A stretch of DNA of 64,000 nt from contig OX638329.1 in assembly GCA_951812755.1 (NCBI GenBank), forward strand, positions 6,315,407 through 6,379,406, written 5' to 3'. The stretch comes from an uncultured Latescibacterota bacterium (lineage in GTDB: Bacteria; Latescibacterota; UBA2968). Under the pieces are notes generated by a model. It ran no database searches. It saw only the letters and a program-made list of their open reading frames with translations, and was not told the DNA's origin. Positions 10,001 to 21,460 of the stretch are shown one piece after another. Position numbers and translations under genes: made by a program. The first letter of the stretch is position 1, and each line of letters begins with the position of its first letter.

Positions 10001-10534
10001 AGCGTTGCCTTACAGGGGTCTTCTGTTGGCTTACCGATCAGTGGTCTTTCTCCAGATTTTGACGGGAATGGGACGGTGGATATCCCGGACTTTTTGCTCT
10101 TTGTGGAGGTGTTTGGCCTAAAGGTGGGGCAAGAGCGGTATGAGAAGAAATACGATCTGGACGGGAATGGTGAGATAGGGATCCCCGATTTTCTGCTCTT
10201 TGTTGAAAACTTTGGCAAGGAGGTGAGTCAGGTGCCGGTCTTTACGTCAGCACCTCCTGTCATGCGCTTTGTTGAGGAGAACACGCCACCGGGACAGCCG
10301 ATAGGCGATCCGATTTCAGCGACGAGTGCCAATGGTGAATCTCTCGCGTATAGTCTGTGGGGTGTGGATGCCGAGTATTTTGCGATAGATGTGAAGACAG
10401 GTCAGCTTGAGACGAAAGAGATGCATAATTATGAGGCGCGGAACTGGTATTCCCCCATTGTGCGGGTGAGCGATGGCCAGGGTGGGCATGTGAGTGTGGT
10501 GGTGCGTGTTGCGGTTATCGATGTCGCCGAATAG
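7028..10534 (+). CDS. Secreted protein: signal peptide, cadherin, ~12-13 24-aa LRRs with Cys cap, Calx-beta, poly-Pro, FN3-cohesin-dockerin-cadherin tail
   Basis: LSTLPEGIFSGLTAL repeats; TSDGTATAGDDY Calx-beta; C-terminal ~400 aa nearly identical to ORF 1..3683. Confidence 0.9.
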   Translation: MYNAGSHRICCTAGLLMVLAFLLGSGTFAYANNAPVITTTSPISVKENLTAVATLTATDADNDAITWSKNGGDDAGKFALTNAGVLTFIDAPNYEIPTDLDTNNDYVVIVRASDGTATADLTLTVNVSDDLVCERTAQVRDDIAVVSGVSDCGDITAAHLSAITALKLSGTKITALQSGDFSGLTALQTLWLDNNEALSTLPEDVFSGLTALETLALHNNAFSALPEGIFSGLTALKTLYLSSNALSTLPEDVFSDLTALETLALHDNAFSTLPKDVFSDLTALKTLWLDRNAFSTLPEGIFSGLTALRELTLARNAFSALPEGIFSGLTALQELHLQNNTDLGTLPEGIFSGLTALERLSLYYTGLSTLPEGIFSGLTALKTLYLNDNDLSNNALGTLPEGIFSGLTALETLSLYYNDFSTLPEGIFSGLTALKRLWMNHNAFSTLPESIFSGLTALQELWLHDNAVNPLPLTVSLEKVGESQFKAVMPTGAPFALVLPVSISGAGAIDASTIAIPKGAVESEPLAVASVTGTAVTVTVDIGTLPDLPGQDQSPKDHQGYILQKDASLPLTILAPVNETPVLSTGDTSADEDDGTMTFTVTLSLASSQAVTVMWVTSDGTATAGDDYTAVTNGSVTFSAGGALSQTISVSIVDDNIDEADETFTVTLSDAVNATLSGGQSTLSVTGTILDDDGAGVQSSPPPPPPPPPDTPPVTPPVTPPVTPPVTPPDTPPVTPPVTPPVTPPPPPPPPPPPPPPPPPPPPPAAVTVTKVLATSMVVNWQVPEGSVVSSYDLRYREGSTGDFIDGPQDIIGTRTIIPGLNPDTEYEIQVRASNSTGDGEWSELGMVRTSIPIPKDRFSLSLDLDDSEGDQFTSFRGVPSDGGSASVQIFGKRLRAIPVNDLSVRFEYDGTQVAYEGFKRGDVLSGTSALSGKDFVNIGMTLFDSERRADSGLVGTIRFRAMDALSETEIRLVRVKLVRAGQSETVPMFLSVALQGSSVGLPISGLSPDFDGNGTVDIPDFLLFVEVFGLKVGQERYEKKYDLDGNGEIGIPDFLLFVENFGKEVSQVPVFTSAPPVMRFVEENTPPGQPIGDPISATSANGESLAYSLWGVDAEYFAIDVKTGQLETKEMHNYEARNWYSPIVRVSDGQGGHVSVVVRVAVIDVAE

Positions 10535-10899
10535 GGTGAGAAGAGGTAGAGAGAAGCAACCACAGATGAAAAGGCACTACAGCATAGCCCAACGCCAGTA
10601 ATTCAGTCAGGTAGGAGGGAAATCCTTTGAACTGCTGGCGCAGTCATGCTCGATTTACTCGCCTTCATACCCCGCTCGTGGCTAATTATTCAAATGACCT
10701 AAATAGTTACTTTTTAAATATATTTCGCAAAAATAATATTTTCTGTTGCAAACGGTTGTTGAATGTTGTATTATATGGCCTTCATTCCGTAAAGGTCGCG
10801 CTCAATCTGGGCTATGGTAATGAGTCAGACGGCCTGTGGCATTAAACAATGAATTAACCGAGTGCCATACGATGATGGTCTCCGGTTTTTCTGTAATAA

Positions 10900-10913
10900 T
10901 ACAAACGTTTGTA
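10900..10913. promoter_or_regulatory. Perfect 14-bp palindrome TACAAACGTTTGTA, LacI-like operator candidate
   Basis: Palindrome ~77 bp upstream of TTG start at 10990. Confidence 0.5.
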
Positions 10914-10989
10914 AATCAAAAAGATAGCCGCAGGCCTGTTCTGCAAAGTGCCCGATGGCTCGCTTTTCACTTTCAAAGGAGGATAAGTT

Positions 10990-13900
10990 TTGAAAAGATT
11001 TTTTGCGATTTTACTTGCGCTTAGCTGTTGGATACCTCACGGCGCACAAGCACAGGATGTCTCAACCTGGATGCCTGATGAGAATCTGCGCACCGCTGTG
11101 CGCGCTTCGCTTGGACTCGCAGATGGCGAAGCTCTCACACAGGCGAAAATGTCAGATCTCACCGAACTGCGCGCTGCTGCCAAAGGCATAAGCAACATCA
11201 AGGGCATCCAGCACGCCACCAACATGACCATTGCGAGGCTGGCGCACAATCAGATCTCGAACCTCAGTCCGCTCTCCGGGTTGACATCGCTGACAAAGCT
11301 GCGGCTCCAGGACAACGATATTACGAGCCTCAGCACTCTTTCTGGCTTGACGAATCTGACCGAGTTATTCCTGAACGACAATCAGATTACCGATGTCTCG
11401 CCGCTGACAACGCTGGTCAATCTTGTGACGTTGCGTCTTGCGGGGAATACGCTTGCGAATGCGCATCTGCTTTCGAGTCTTTCGAATCTGACCAATATCG
11501 ATATTACCATACCGGATCCACCACCACCGCCACCACCGCCACCACCACCGCCACCACCGCCTCCACCACCACCGCCTCCACCGCCACCACCACCGCCGCC
11601 TCCACCACCACCGCCTCCGGATGTCTCAACCTGGATGCCTGATGAGAATCTGCGCACCGCTGTGCGCGCTTCGCTTGGACTCGCGGATGGCGAAGCTCTC
11701 ACACAGGCGAAAATGTCAGATCTCACCGAACTGCGCGCTGCTGCCAAAGGCATAAGCAACCTCACGGGCATCCAGTACGCCACCAACATGACCATTGCGA
11801 GGCTGGCGTACAATCAGATCTCGAACCTCAGTCCGCTCTCCGGGTTGACATCGCTGACAAAGCTGCGGCTCCAGGATAACGATATTACGAGCCTCAGCGC
11901 TCTTTCAGGATTGACGAATCTGACCGAGTTATTCCTGAACGACAATCAGATTACGGATGTCTCGCCGCTGACAACGCTGGTCAATCTTGTGACGTTGCGT
12001 CTTGCGGGGAATACGCTTGCGAATGCGCATCTGCTTTCGAGTCTTTCGAATCTGACCAATATCGATATTACCATACCGGATCCGCCACCACCTGCGGACA
12101 CGGACCCGCCGGGTGTGAGCATTTCCGGACCATCGGACGATCAGACGAGTGCGTTTTCTGTGACCATCACCTTCACCGAAGCCGTGTCCGATTTTGTACA
12201 GGGTGATGTCTCAATCTCCGGCAGTGCCAATGCCACAATCACATCGTGGAATACCACAGACAACACCACCTACACCGCCACGATTACGCCTGCTAACACG
12301 GGTCAGGTCTCCCTCAGTGTGCCTGCGGGCGTTGCGACCGATGCGGCAAACAATCCCAATACAGCTTCATCAACCTACACCGTCACAGCGTTTGTCACAC
12401 AGCCACAGATAGTGGAAACGATAACCCCGGTCTGCAATCGCACATCGCAGGTGCGCGATGCAATTGTGGCGGCGGTGTCGGGTATAGATGCTTGCGCGAA
12501 TGTGACCGAGACGCACCTCGCGGCGATTACTGAACTCAGTCTGATTTCCGCGGAACTCAAAGCACTGCGAGCAGGTGATTTAGGTGCTGTAATAGCGCTC
12601 AGAAGGTCCAAATACATGAGCATCGCCGAACTGCAAGAAGGTGATTTTGATGGCTTGTCATCGCTGAAGACGCTCCACATCGAGGGCCACACACTGACCA
12701 GTCTGCCAGCGGATCCCTTTGATGGGCTATCATCGCTGGAGGTGCTTCATCTGAATGACAACGACCTGAGCAGTCTGGATGAGGACATCTTTGATGGGCT
12801 GTCATCCCTGGAGGTGCTTCGTCTGGATAGAAACGAGCTGACCAGTCTGGATGAGGACATCTTTGACGGCCTGTCATCCCTGGAGAGGCTCAACCTCTCT
12901 GACAACGAGCTGACCAGTCTGGATGAGGACATCTTTGACGGCCTGTCATCTTTGAAGAGGCTCCACATCGTGCACCACCCACTGACCAGTCTGGATGAGG
13001 ACATCTTTGATGGCTTGTCATCCCTGGAGTGGCTCGACCTGAATAACACCGAGATGAGCAGTCTGGATGAGGACATCTTTGACGGCCTGTCATCCCTGAA
13101 GACGCTTCGCCTGTTCAACAACAAGTTGAGCAGTCTGGATGCGGACGTCTTTGACGGCCTGTCATCCCTGGAGGATCTCTTGCTGTCTGACAACAAGCTG
13201 ACGAGTCTGCCGGACAGCATCTTTTCCGACCTGTCATCCCTGAAGGGTCTCTTTCTGTTCAGCAACGAGCTGAGCAGTCTGGATGCGGACGTCTTTGACG
13301 GCCTGTCATCCCTGGAGATTCTATTTCTGACTGAGAACGAGCTGACCAGTCTGGATGAGGACATCTTTGAAGACCTGTCATCCCTGGAGTGGCTTCGCCT
13401 GGCAGGCAACAAGCTGAGCAGTCTGGATGAGGACGTCTTTGATGGCCTGTCATCCCTGGAGACGCTCAACCTCGCTGTAAACCAATTGAGCAGCCTGCCG
13501 GACGGGATCTTTTCCGGGTTGTCATCGATGAGGCAACTCACTTTGAATAATAACTCAGTTGACCCCCTGTCCGTTACGGTGTCACTGGAGAAGGTTGGAA
13601 CAAATCAGGTCAAGGCGGTGGCACCCACCGGCGCGCCGCTTGAGATTGTACTGCCGCTCAACGTCACCAATGGGAGCATCAGTGGTGGCGCGAGCAGCAT
13701 TACAATTTCCACTGGTAGTCTGGAAAGCGATCCTCTCACAGTAACCCGCACCCCCGGCACAACCGGTGCTGTTACTGTGGATATCGGGGGATTGCCCAAT
13801 GACTTTCCCCGAACACATAGGGGCTATATCCTCGTCAAATCCGCGGATTTACCCCTCGAATTCACCGGTGCGTTGAGTAAGCCTGCCCTCGCCGTAACAG

Positions 13901-14202
13901 AGGGTCCGGATGAGACGGTTCTTTTGCCGAATTATCCGAATCCGTTCAATCCAGAGACATGGATCCCGTATCAACTGGCAAATACCAGCGATGTCCAGAT
14001 TACCATCTATGATATACGCGGTGCTGTTGTGCGTCGTCTATATCTGGGCCATCAACAGGCAGGCTATTACACGGGTCGGGGCCGTGCCGCGTATTGGGAT
14101 GGTCGGAATAGTGGCGGCAAACGCGTCGCCAGTGGTGTCTATTTCTATCAGCTTCAGGCGGATCGTGTGTCTCTCCTCGGCAGGATGCTGATTTTAAAAT
14201 AA
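10990..14202 (+). CDS. Secreted LRR protein: two duplicated internalin-like LRR modules, Ig-like domain, 13 24-aa LRRs, FlgD-Ig tail
   Basis: TTG start after AAAGGAGGA; 11056-11519 duplicated at 11620-12083; LTSLDEDIFDGLSSL repeats; NYPNPFNPETWIPYQL tail. Confidence 0.9.
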   Translation: MKRFFAILLALSCWIPHGAQAQDVSTWMPDENLRTAVRASLGLADGEALTQAKMSDLTELRAAAKGISNIKGIQHATNMTIARLAHNQISNLSPLSGLTSLTKLRLQDNDITSLSTLSGLTNLTELFLNDNQITDVSPLTTLVNLVTLRLAGNTLANAHLLSSLSNLTNIDITIPDPPPPPPPPPPPPPPPPPPPPPPPPPPPPPPPPPPDVSTWMPDENLRTAVRASLGLADGEALTQAKMSDLTELRAAAKGISNLTGIQYATNMTIARLAYNQISNLSPLSGLTSLTKLRLQDNDITSLSALSGLTNLTELFLNDNQITDVSPLTTLVNLVTLRLAGNTLANAHLLSSLSNLTNIDITIPDPPPPADTDPPGVSISGPSDDQTSAFSVTITFTEAVSDFVQGDVSISGSANATITSWNTTDNTTYTATITPANTGQVSLSVPAGVATDAANNPNTASSTYTVTAFVTQPQIVETITPVCNRTSQVRDAIVAAVSGIDACANVTETHLAAITELSLISAELKALRAGDLGAVIALRRSKYMSIAELQEGDFDGLSSLKTLHIEGHTLTSLPADPFDGLSSLEVLHLNDNDLSSLDEDIFDGLSSLEVLRLDRNELTSLDEDIFDGLSSLERLNLSDNELTSLDEDIFDGLSSLKRLHIVHHPLTSLDEDIFDGLSSLEWLDLNNTEMSSLDEDIFDGLSSLKTLRLFNNKLSSLDADVFDGLSSLEDLLLSDNKLTSLPDSIFSDLSSLKGLFLFSNELSSLDADVFDGLSSLEILFLTENELTSLDEDIFEDLSSLEWLRLAGNKLSSLDEDVFDGLSSLETLNLAVNQLSSLPDGIFSGLSSMRQLTLNNNSVDPLSVTVSLEKVGTNQVKAVAPTGAPLEIVLPLNVTNGSISGGASSITISTGSLESDPLTVTRTPGTTGAVTVDIGGLPNDFPRTHRGYILVKSADLPLEFTGALSKPALAVTEGPDETVLLPNYPNPFNPETWIPYQLANTSDVQITIYDIRGAVVRRLYLGHQQAGYYTGRGRAAYWDGRNSGGKRVASGVYFYQLQADRVSLLGRMLILK

Positions 14203-14232
14203 GGGATAGAGCACTGCCTGCTGCAATCGCGC

Positions 14233-14272
14233 AAAAACGCCCCGGCATAACGATGCTGGGGCGTTCTCTTTT
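14233..14272 (+). terminator. Intrinsic terminator candidate
   Basis: AACGCCCCGGCAT..ATGCTGGGGCGTT stem followed by CTCTTTT. Confidence 0.6.
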
Positions 14273-14288
14273 CTGCTGTTGCACTTAA

Positions 14289-14433
14289 TACTCTGTCAAA
14301 AAAATTTGCTGATATGTTTTTCTGAAAGACTGGATTGCGGCTAACACCATGCCGCAATGACAACCGCCGTTCGTCACTCCGGCGCAGGCCGGAGTCCAGT
14401 GGGTTTAGACGCGAAACTTATTTGACAGACCAC
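14289..14433. mobile_element. Small MITE-like element carrying REP-like hairpins
   Basis: TCTGTCAAA..TTTGACAGA inverted ends, TTAA on both flanks, internal GTCA..-type palindromes. Confidence 0.45.
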
Positions 14434-14454
14434 TTAATTCTTAATTCTTAATTC

Positions 14455-16744
<2,290 letters not shown>

Positions 16745-16826
16745 GGAGATATTTGCAGGAAATTGGGAACGCGGGAGAAGTGAGGAACGTTGTATGAAGG
16801 CGAGTAAACCGAGCATGACTGGTCGC

Positions 16827-17185
16827 GTCATCCCGTGATAGTTCTACACGGGATCAGACCAGTTCACGTTGAAGTGAGAAGTGGAAAATGTGAAGTGGGA
16901 AACAAGCGAGACATAAAAGGCAACTGTCATCGCGGCATGCTTAAAGCCGCGATCCAGTCTGGACCCCGTATAGAATCACTACGGGGAGACGTTCTCTCTC
17001 AAGGCCGAGCCGCTGTCATCGCGGCAATGTTTAAGCCGCGATCCAGAGGTTTTTGTTTTTGTTGTTGCCTTTTGCCTTTATGTCGTCATCGCGGCAATGT
17101 TTAAGCCGCGATCCAGAGGTTTTGGTTTTGTTGTTGCCTTTTGCCTTTATGTCGTCATCGCGGCAATGTTTAAGCCGCGATCCAG
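16827..17185. repeat. Cluster of REP-like palindromes (GTCATCGCGGC..GCCGCGATCCAG), three in ~70-bp tandem
   Basis: Copies at 16926, 17015, 17085, 17154 with near-identical linkers; related hairpin at 16827. Confidence 0.8.
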
Positions 17186-17249
17186 GAAGTTTTTAGCTGA
17201 CTGCTGATTGCTATATCATTTGGGTGTTATCACAAGAAGGAGACAAAGT

Positions 17250-17909
17250 ATGAATATGCGGTGGCTTATTGGTTTATTTTTTGTCGGGTGTATTGCAGTG
17301 CAAGAGGTCTGTGCGGAGACATCATTGGGGTTGCCGGTTGAGGGGGTTCAGACGATTGTGTTGCGCAATGAGGTGGGGAAGAATCAGATTCGGTTTGTGA
17401 GTTCGGCACCGCTGGAAGAGATCCACGGTACAGCGTCGGGGATTTCGGGCGAGTTGAAACTGGATCCGGCAAATTTGGAGGGTATGACCGGGAAGATTGA
17501 GGTGCAGGTTGCGAGTATGGAAACGGGTATTGAGAAGCGCGACGCGCATTTGCACAGCGAGGATTGGTTGGATGAGGAACAGTTTCCGGTGATTGGGTTT
17601 GATATTGTGGGGCTGAAGGATGTGTCTGTGGAGGCAGGGGAAGATAAGGCGGTTATTAAAGGTTCGGCTATGGGTGCGTTTTCACTGCACGGCGTGGATA
17701 AGGAGATAGAGATTCCCTTTGAGGCGACGTATTTGCTGGCGTCAGAGCAGACAAAGAAGCGCGCGTTAGGGGATTTTTTTGTGGTGAAGGGCGAGTTTCA
17801 GATTGCGTTGAAGGATTTTGATATTGCAGGTGCGCGCGGGCTGGTGGGCAATCGGGTTGGGAAGAAGATCGATTTGAAAACGAATTTTTTTGGTTCGACA
17901 AAGCGGTGA
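17250..17909 (+). CDS. YceI-family secreted lipid/polyisoprenoid-binding protein
   Basis: Signal peptide; S.ETG..KRDAHL.S.DWLD..QFP.I.F and G.FSLHGV motifs. Confidence 0.9.
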   Translation: MNMRWLIGLFFVGCIAVQEVCAETSLGLPVEGVQTIVLRNEVGKNQIRFVSSAPLEEIHGTASGISGELKLDPANLEGMTGKIEVQVASMETGIEKRDAHLHSEDWLDEEQFPVIGFDIVGLKDVSVEAGEDKAVIKGSAMGAFSLHGVDKEIEIPFEATYLLASEQTKKRALGDFFVVKGEFQIALKDFDIAGARGLVGNRVGKKIDLKTNFFGSTKR

Positions 17910-18143
17910 AATTGGAGAAGCAACCGTAGGGGCGAGGCATGCCTCGCCCGTCATTGTGGCATGGTATAAACCGCGATCCAGTGTTTGCGAACTGTGGATG
18001 GAAAATTTGATAACCCATTCACAGTTTTTTTTATAAAAATGCACCAATCCTGAAAAAAATGAAAAAATAAGAGATATACGAAAGGAATCAGATATATGAG
18101 CAATCTTTTTCAATTGCAGTCACAGGCGCGATGGTAGTATTAT

Positions 18144-18220
18144 AAAAAAGCCGCTGACAAGACCAGGACAAGTCAACTGTCAGCGGCGACAAATATCTCA
18201 AGCTGATAACTTGAGAAGGT
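18144..18220 (-). ncRNA. Candidate ~77-nt two-hairpin small RNA
   Basis: Minus-strand TTGACA-17-TATCTT promoter (18255-18227), hairpin TCTCAAG..CTTGAGA, terminator GCCGCTGACA..TGTCAGCGGC-T6; no ORF. Confidence 0.5.
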
Positions 18221-18243
18221 TAAACGAAGATAGCGACCTGAAA

Positions 18244-18440
18244 CGCGATTGTCAATTCGAAGTAAAAGAACATAATGTTCAATCAAAAAGTGAAAAGTGA
18301 ACAATATGTTCACCTCTTAATTTGGTATTCAGTCTGACTTTTATTCAATAATAACTTCTATATGAAATAAAAATAATGCTTTACAAAAATTATCATTTAA
18401 AAAATTCATATTGGCACACATGTTGCATATATCTGTTTAA
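18244..18440 (+). promoter_or_regulatory. Sigma54 promoter module copy 1 with palindromic upstream activator sites
   Basis: TGGCAC-ACATG-TTGCA at 18412-18427; GAACATAATGTTC 18268-18280; GTGAACAATATGTTCAC 18297-18313. Confidence 0.8.
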
Positions 18441-18511
18441 GCAGTAAAAAATCTGTATTGCCATAAATCAATTATTTTTTTATCTAAGGATACATACGTT
18501 TGCGAAAATAT

Positions 18512-19174
18512 ATGACAGTTCCTCCTCGTGCCGATCATTCGCGTCCTGATCTGAACACGCAGAAAATTCTGATTATAGATCACGACCCCCGCGTTCTCTC
18601 GACCCTTGTGGGATTCTTGAATGATGAACCTTATGACGTGTTCACGGCGGAAAATGGAAAAGAAGGGCTTGAAATTTTGAGACGAGAGAAGATTGCTGTG
18701 GCTGTCGCTGAAATGTATATGGCAGGTCTCGATGGGGTCGTACTTTTGGAGCGCATTGCCGCAGATAACATTCAGACAAACGTCCTGATCATGGGAAACG
18801 TCTTGTTCATGGAAGAAACAAAAGAAATAATCACAGCAGGTGCTGTGGACGTACTGGACAAACCGATTGTGAAGGACAAATTTTTGGCAAAGATCAAAAA
18901 CTGTATCCTGCTGAATGAAGTGGGATACAGCGGGTCTCGGGTCCGTGAAGCATCTCGTTCACAGCCCAAATCCTTTCAACGACCATTGAACACTGGTCAA
19001 GAGAAAGTTTCACCAGAGGCGTTGGAATCATTTTTGGAGGAGCGTTACAGAGATCCAGACCTGAATTTTGAAGACCTCACGCTCTATTTTGATATCTCTT
19101 TACTGGTTTTGCCTGATCTGAACAGCCGTGAACAGTTTTCTCAGCCCCCGAAGGCTCTTGTTGATACATTTTAA
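18512..19174 (+). pseudogene. Atypical response regulator (receiver + start of AraC-type HTH), apparently 3'-truncated
   Basis: KILIIDHD..AEMYM..DKP receiver; FLEERYRDPDLNFEDL..F.IS AraC N-part then unrelated tail. Confidence 0.65.
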
Positions 19175-19264
19175 CATTCTCAGTGCGTTGACGTGAATTA
19201 CTGAATAAAGTATTTTATCCCAGATGTCCCTTATCCCTGTCCAGATAGACGAGAGAATGCTGTA

Positions 19265-19957
19265 ATGAAAAAGTTTCTGCTGCTGTGCCTTCCCCTTGTA
19301 CATGCCGTTGCCTTCTATTATTTTGCGAGTTTTATTTTAGAACCTTATAAATCTCGTGGACAAGCTCAAATTTTGTCAAAAAAAGGAAATAAGTTTTTGA
19401 GGATTGGTGCCGTTGAAGAAGCTTTGAAGGCCTATCACCAGACAGTTGAGTTAAATCCCGAAAATAAGTTTGCCTGGAATATCCTGGGCTTGATTTATAG
19501 AGACCAAGAAAAAAATCAAGACGCGCTTGAAGTTTATGACCAGGCACTTCAAATACTACCTCAAGCATCTATCTTATGGAATAATCGAGGTACTGTTTTG
19601 GTAAAAATGGACGAATTGGAAAAAGCACTTCTTTCATTTGACCGCGCATTAGAACTTGACCCCAAATATTCTGATGCCTGGAACAATAGAGGGGTTATAT
19701 TTCTGGAGTTAGGCAGATTACCCGAAGCAATCATAGCATTAGATCGGTCAATTGAACTGAATCCCCAAAATGGTAATACCTGGTATAACCTGGCCCGGGT
19801 ATATGGAGCAATGAAAAATAAAGAACAGACTCTTTCAAGCTTAAAAAGAGCACTCCAGTGGGATCCTGCCCGAAAAAAAAGAATTCACAAAGAGCCAGCT
19901 TTCAAATTTTTATTGACAGACGGAAGTTTTAAAATGTTGAGCAACAAATCGGATTAA
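19265..19957 (+). CDS. Membrane-anchored TPR protein
   Basis: N-terminal hydrophobic segment; repeated AWNNRG..A...FDRALELDP TPR motifs. Confidence 0.9.
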   Translation: MKKFLLLCLPLVHAVAFYYFASFILEPYKSRGQAQILSKKGNKFLRIGAVEEALKAYHQTVELNPENKFAWNILGLIYRDQEKNQDALEVYDQALQILPQASILWNNRGTVLVKMDELEKALLSFDRALELDPKYSDAWNNRGVIFLELGRLPEAIIALDRSIELNPQNGNTWYNLARVYGAMKNKEQTLSSLKRALQWDPARKKRIHKEPAFKFLLTDGSFKMLSNKSD

Positions 19958-19975
19958 ACTGAATTGGAATTATCT

Positions 19976-20713
19976 ATGGCTCCAGAATCATCAATTGAAG
20001 AAGCCCCTAAAACGGAATCTATACAAGAGAACTGGCCGCCAACACTCCAGGTGCCTTTGGCAAAGGGTGTGATCTGGTCCTGTTTAATTATCCTGGAAGG
20101 TGTGATTGTGTGGAGACTTGTATCGCCAAAGGGTTTAGTGAATGTTCTTATGCAAGGAATGCATCTTCTCTTAGTTCTTTTTGTTTTGGTTCAATTCGGA
20201 CGGTTTGAGTTAAAAAAAATGGTGTATTATGTCATTCCCTCTAAAAGAGAGTTTTTCTTCTGGATATATGCAGGTATAGGTCTAACAGCGTATTATTTAC
20301 CCCTTAATTTCTGGGAAGGCTTCGGACCCCAACCGCCAGACTTTGTTTTTCAGTATCTATGCCTTTTTATTGGAGGGGTTATATTAGCACCAATTGAAGA
20401 AGAGCTTCTTTACAGAGGTCTGCTTTACGGAACGATCAGGACAAAATATGGAAAATTTAAGGCTTATGTCATTAGTATTTCAATCTTTGTTTTTAGACAT
20501 AAGCGTTTATGGCCTTATATCATAGAGGGTTATTGGGATTTATTTTTTGTGTACTTGATTGCATTGACAGTGCTTGCTTGTTTTTTAACCTATCTCTACG
20601 AATCTAAACGCAGCCTTCTATTATGTATGGCTTTTCATAGCTCTGCAAATATTAATGTCACTATCACACCTCTTCTTGGATTTCTGTATGGCGGCTATAT
20701 CGTCGGCAAGTGA
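19976..20713 (+). CDS. CPBP (CAAX/Abi) intramembrane metalloprotease
   Basis: APIEEELLYRG, F...H, H...N motifs; multiple TM helices. Confidence 0.9.
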   Translation: MAPESSIEEAPKTESIQENWPPTLQVPLAKGVIWSCLIILEGVIVWRLVSPKGLVNVLMQGMHLLLVLFVLVQFGRFELKKMVYYVIPSKREFFFWIYAGIGLTAYYLPLNFWEGFGPQPPDFVFQYLCLFIGGVILAPIEEELLYRGLLYGTIRTKYGKFKAYVISISIFVFRHKRLWPYIIEGYWDLFFVYLIALTVLACFLTYLYESKRSLLLCMAFHSSANINVTITPLLGFLYGGYIVGK

Positions 20714-20734
20714 TTTTTAACAAAAAGAATAAAA

Positions 20735-21460
20735 ATGTATCAAATCCAGCCCTTGAGCAAAAATGATTTACATCACTATGCTACCTTTCTGAGAGATATT
20801 CAGACACAACATTGGTCCTTGTCTTCAAATGCTTTTCAAAGACAGCCAAACTCTGAATGCCTACCCAGTTATGAAGAAATCATTGAGAACTTGAGCAACT
20901 TAGAGCACTCGGTCATCTATTTACTCAAGCGAAATCACCGCATCATTTCATCCATGAAAGTAACCCAAAAGAAGTCTGAGCCAGGCATAGTCATTTTTTC
21001 CCATGTAGAAACCCATCCCGATTTTCAGAAACGCGGGATTTTCGGCCTTACACTGGCAGATACGTGTTTGAGAACCGCCTGTGAATCTGAGTGTAAACGT
21101 ATCGAAATTACGACCTGGTCGTTCAATCGAAAAGGGATTCCACTTTATAAACGCTATGGATTTCGTGCGATACCAGGCACCAATCTTTTGATGGAAAACT
21201 ACCTGCCAGCTATTGTGAAGCATATAGATGCACACCCCTATTTTGCTCGCCATGATTATATTCGCACACTCCAGAACAAACGCAGCTATGGGTATGATGC
21301 TGTTGAAATGAATGGCATAAGTGTCTTTGAGTATCGCTGGAGGCCAAGAAAGTCTGAGGACACATTGCGTGTATTGGTCGATTGGAAAAAGAAAGAAATC
21401 ATTGATGTGGAATGCAAGATCATGGATTCACCATCATTAGTTAGAGAATGTCATGCGTAG
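20735..21460 (+). CDS. GNAT-family acetyltransferase with C-terminal extension
   Basis: THPDFQKRGI (motif A) and N..GIPLYKRYGF (motif B). Confidence 0.85.
   Translation: MYQIQPLSKNDLHHYATFLRDIQTQHWSLSSNAFQRQPNSECLPSYEEIIENLSNLEHSVIYLLKRNHRIISSMKVTQKKSEPGIVIFSHVETHPDFQKRGIFGLTLADTCLRTACESECKRIEITTWSFNRKGIPLYKRYGFRAIPGTNLLMENYLPAIVKHIDAHPYFARHDYIRTLQNKRSYGYDAVEMNGISVFEYRWRPRKSEDTLRVLVDWKKKEIIDVECKIMDSPSLVRECHA

Noticed and set aside
10780..10980. Possible riboswitch in the long leader of the LRR gene
   Set aside because: No recognisable aptamer consensus by eye; needs an Rfam search
12640..13555. Constant/variable 72-bp periodicity resembling a CRISPR array or DGR target
   Set aside because: In-frame LRR coding repeats; no reverse transcriptase or adenine-specific TR/VR pair seen
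68..13818. Many minus-strand ORFs including poly-Gly and Trp/Arg-rich ones
   Set aside because: Antisense shadows of repetitive plus-strand genes
17015..17185. Three 32-bp palindromic repeats spaced ~38 bp, CRISPR-like
   Set aside because: Spacers are near-identical to each other, the repeat belongs to a dispersed REP-like family, and no cas genes are present
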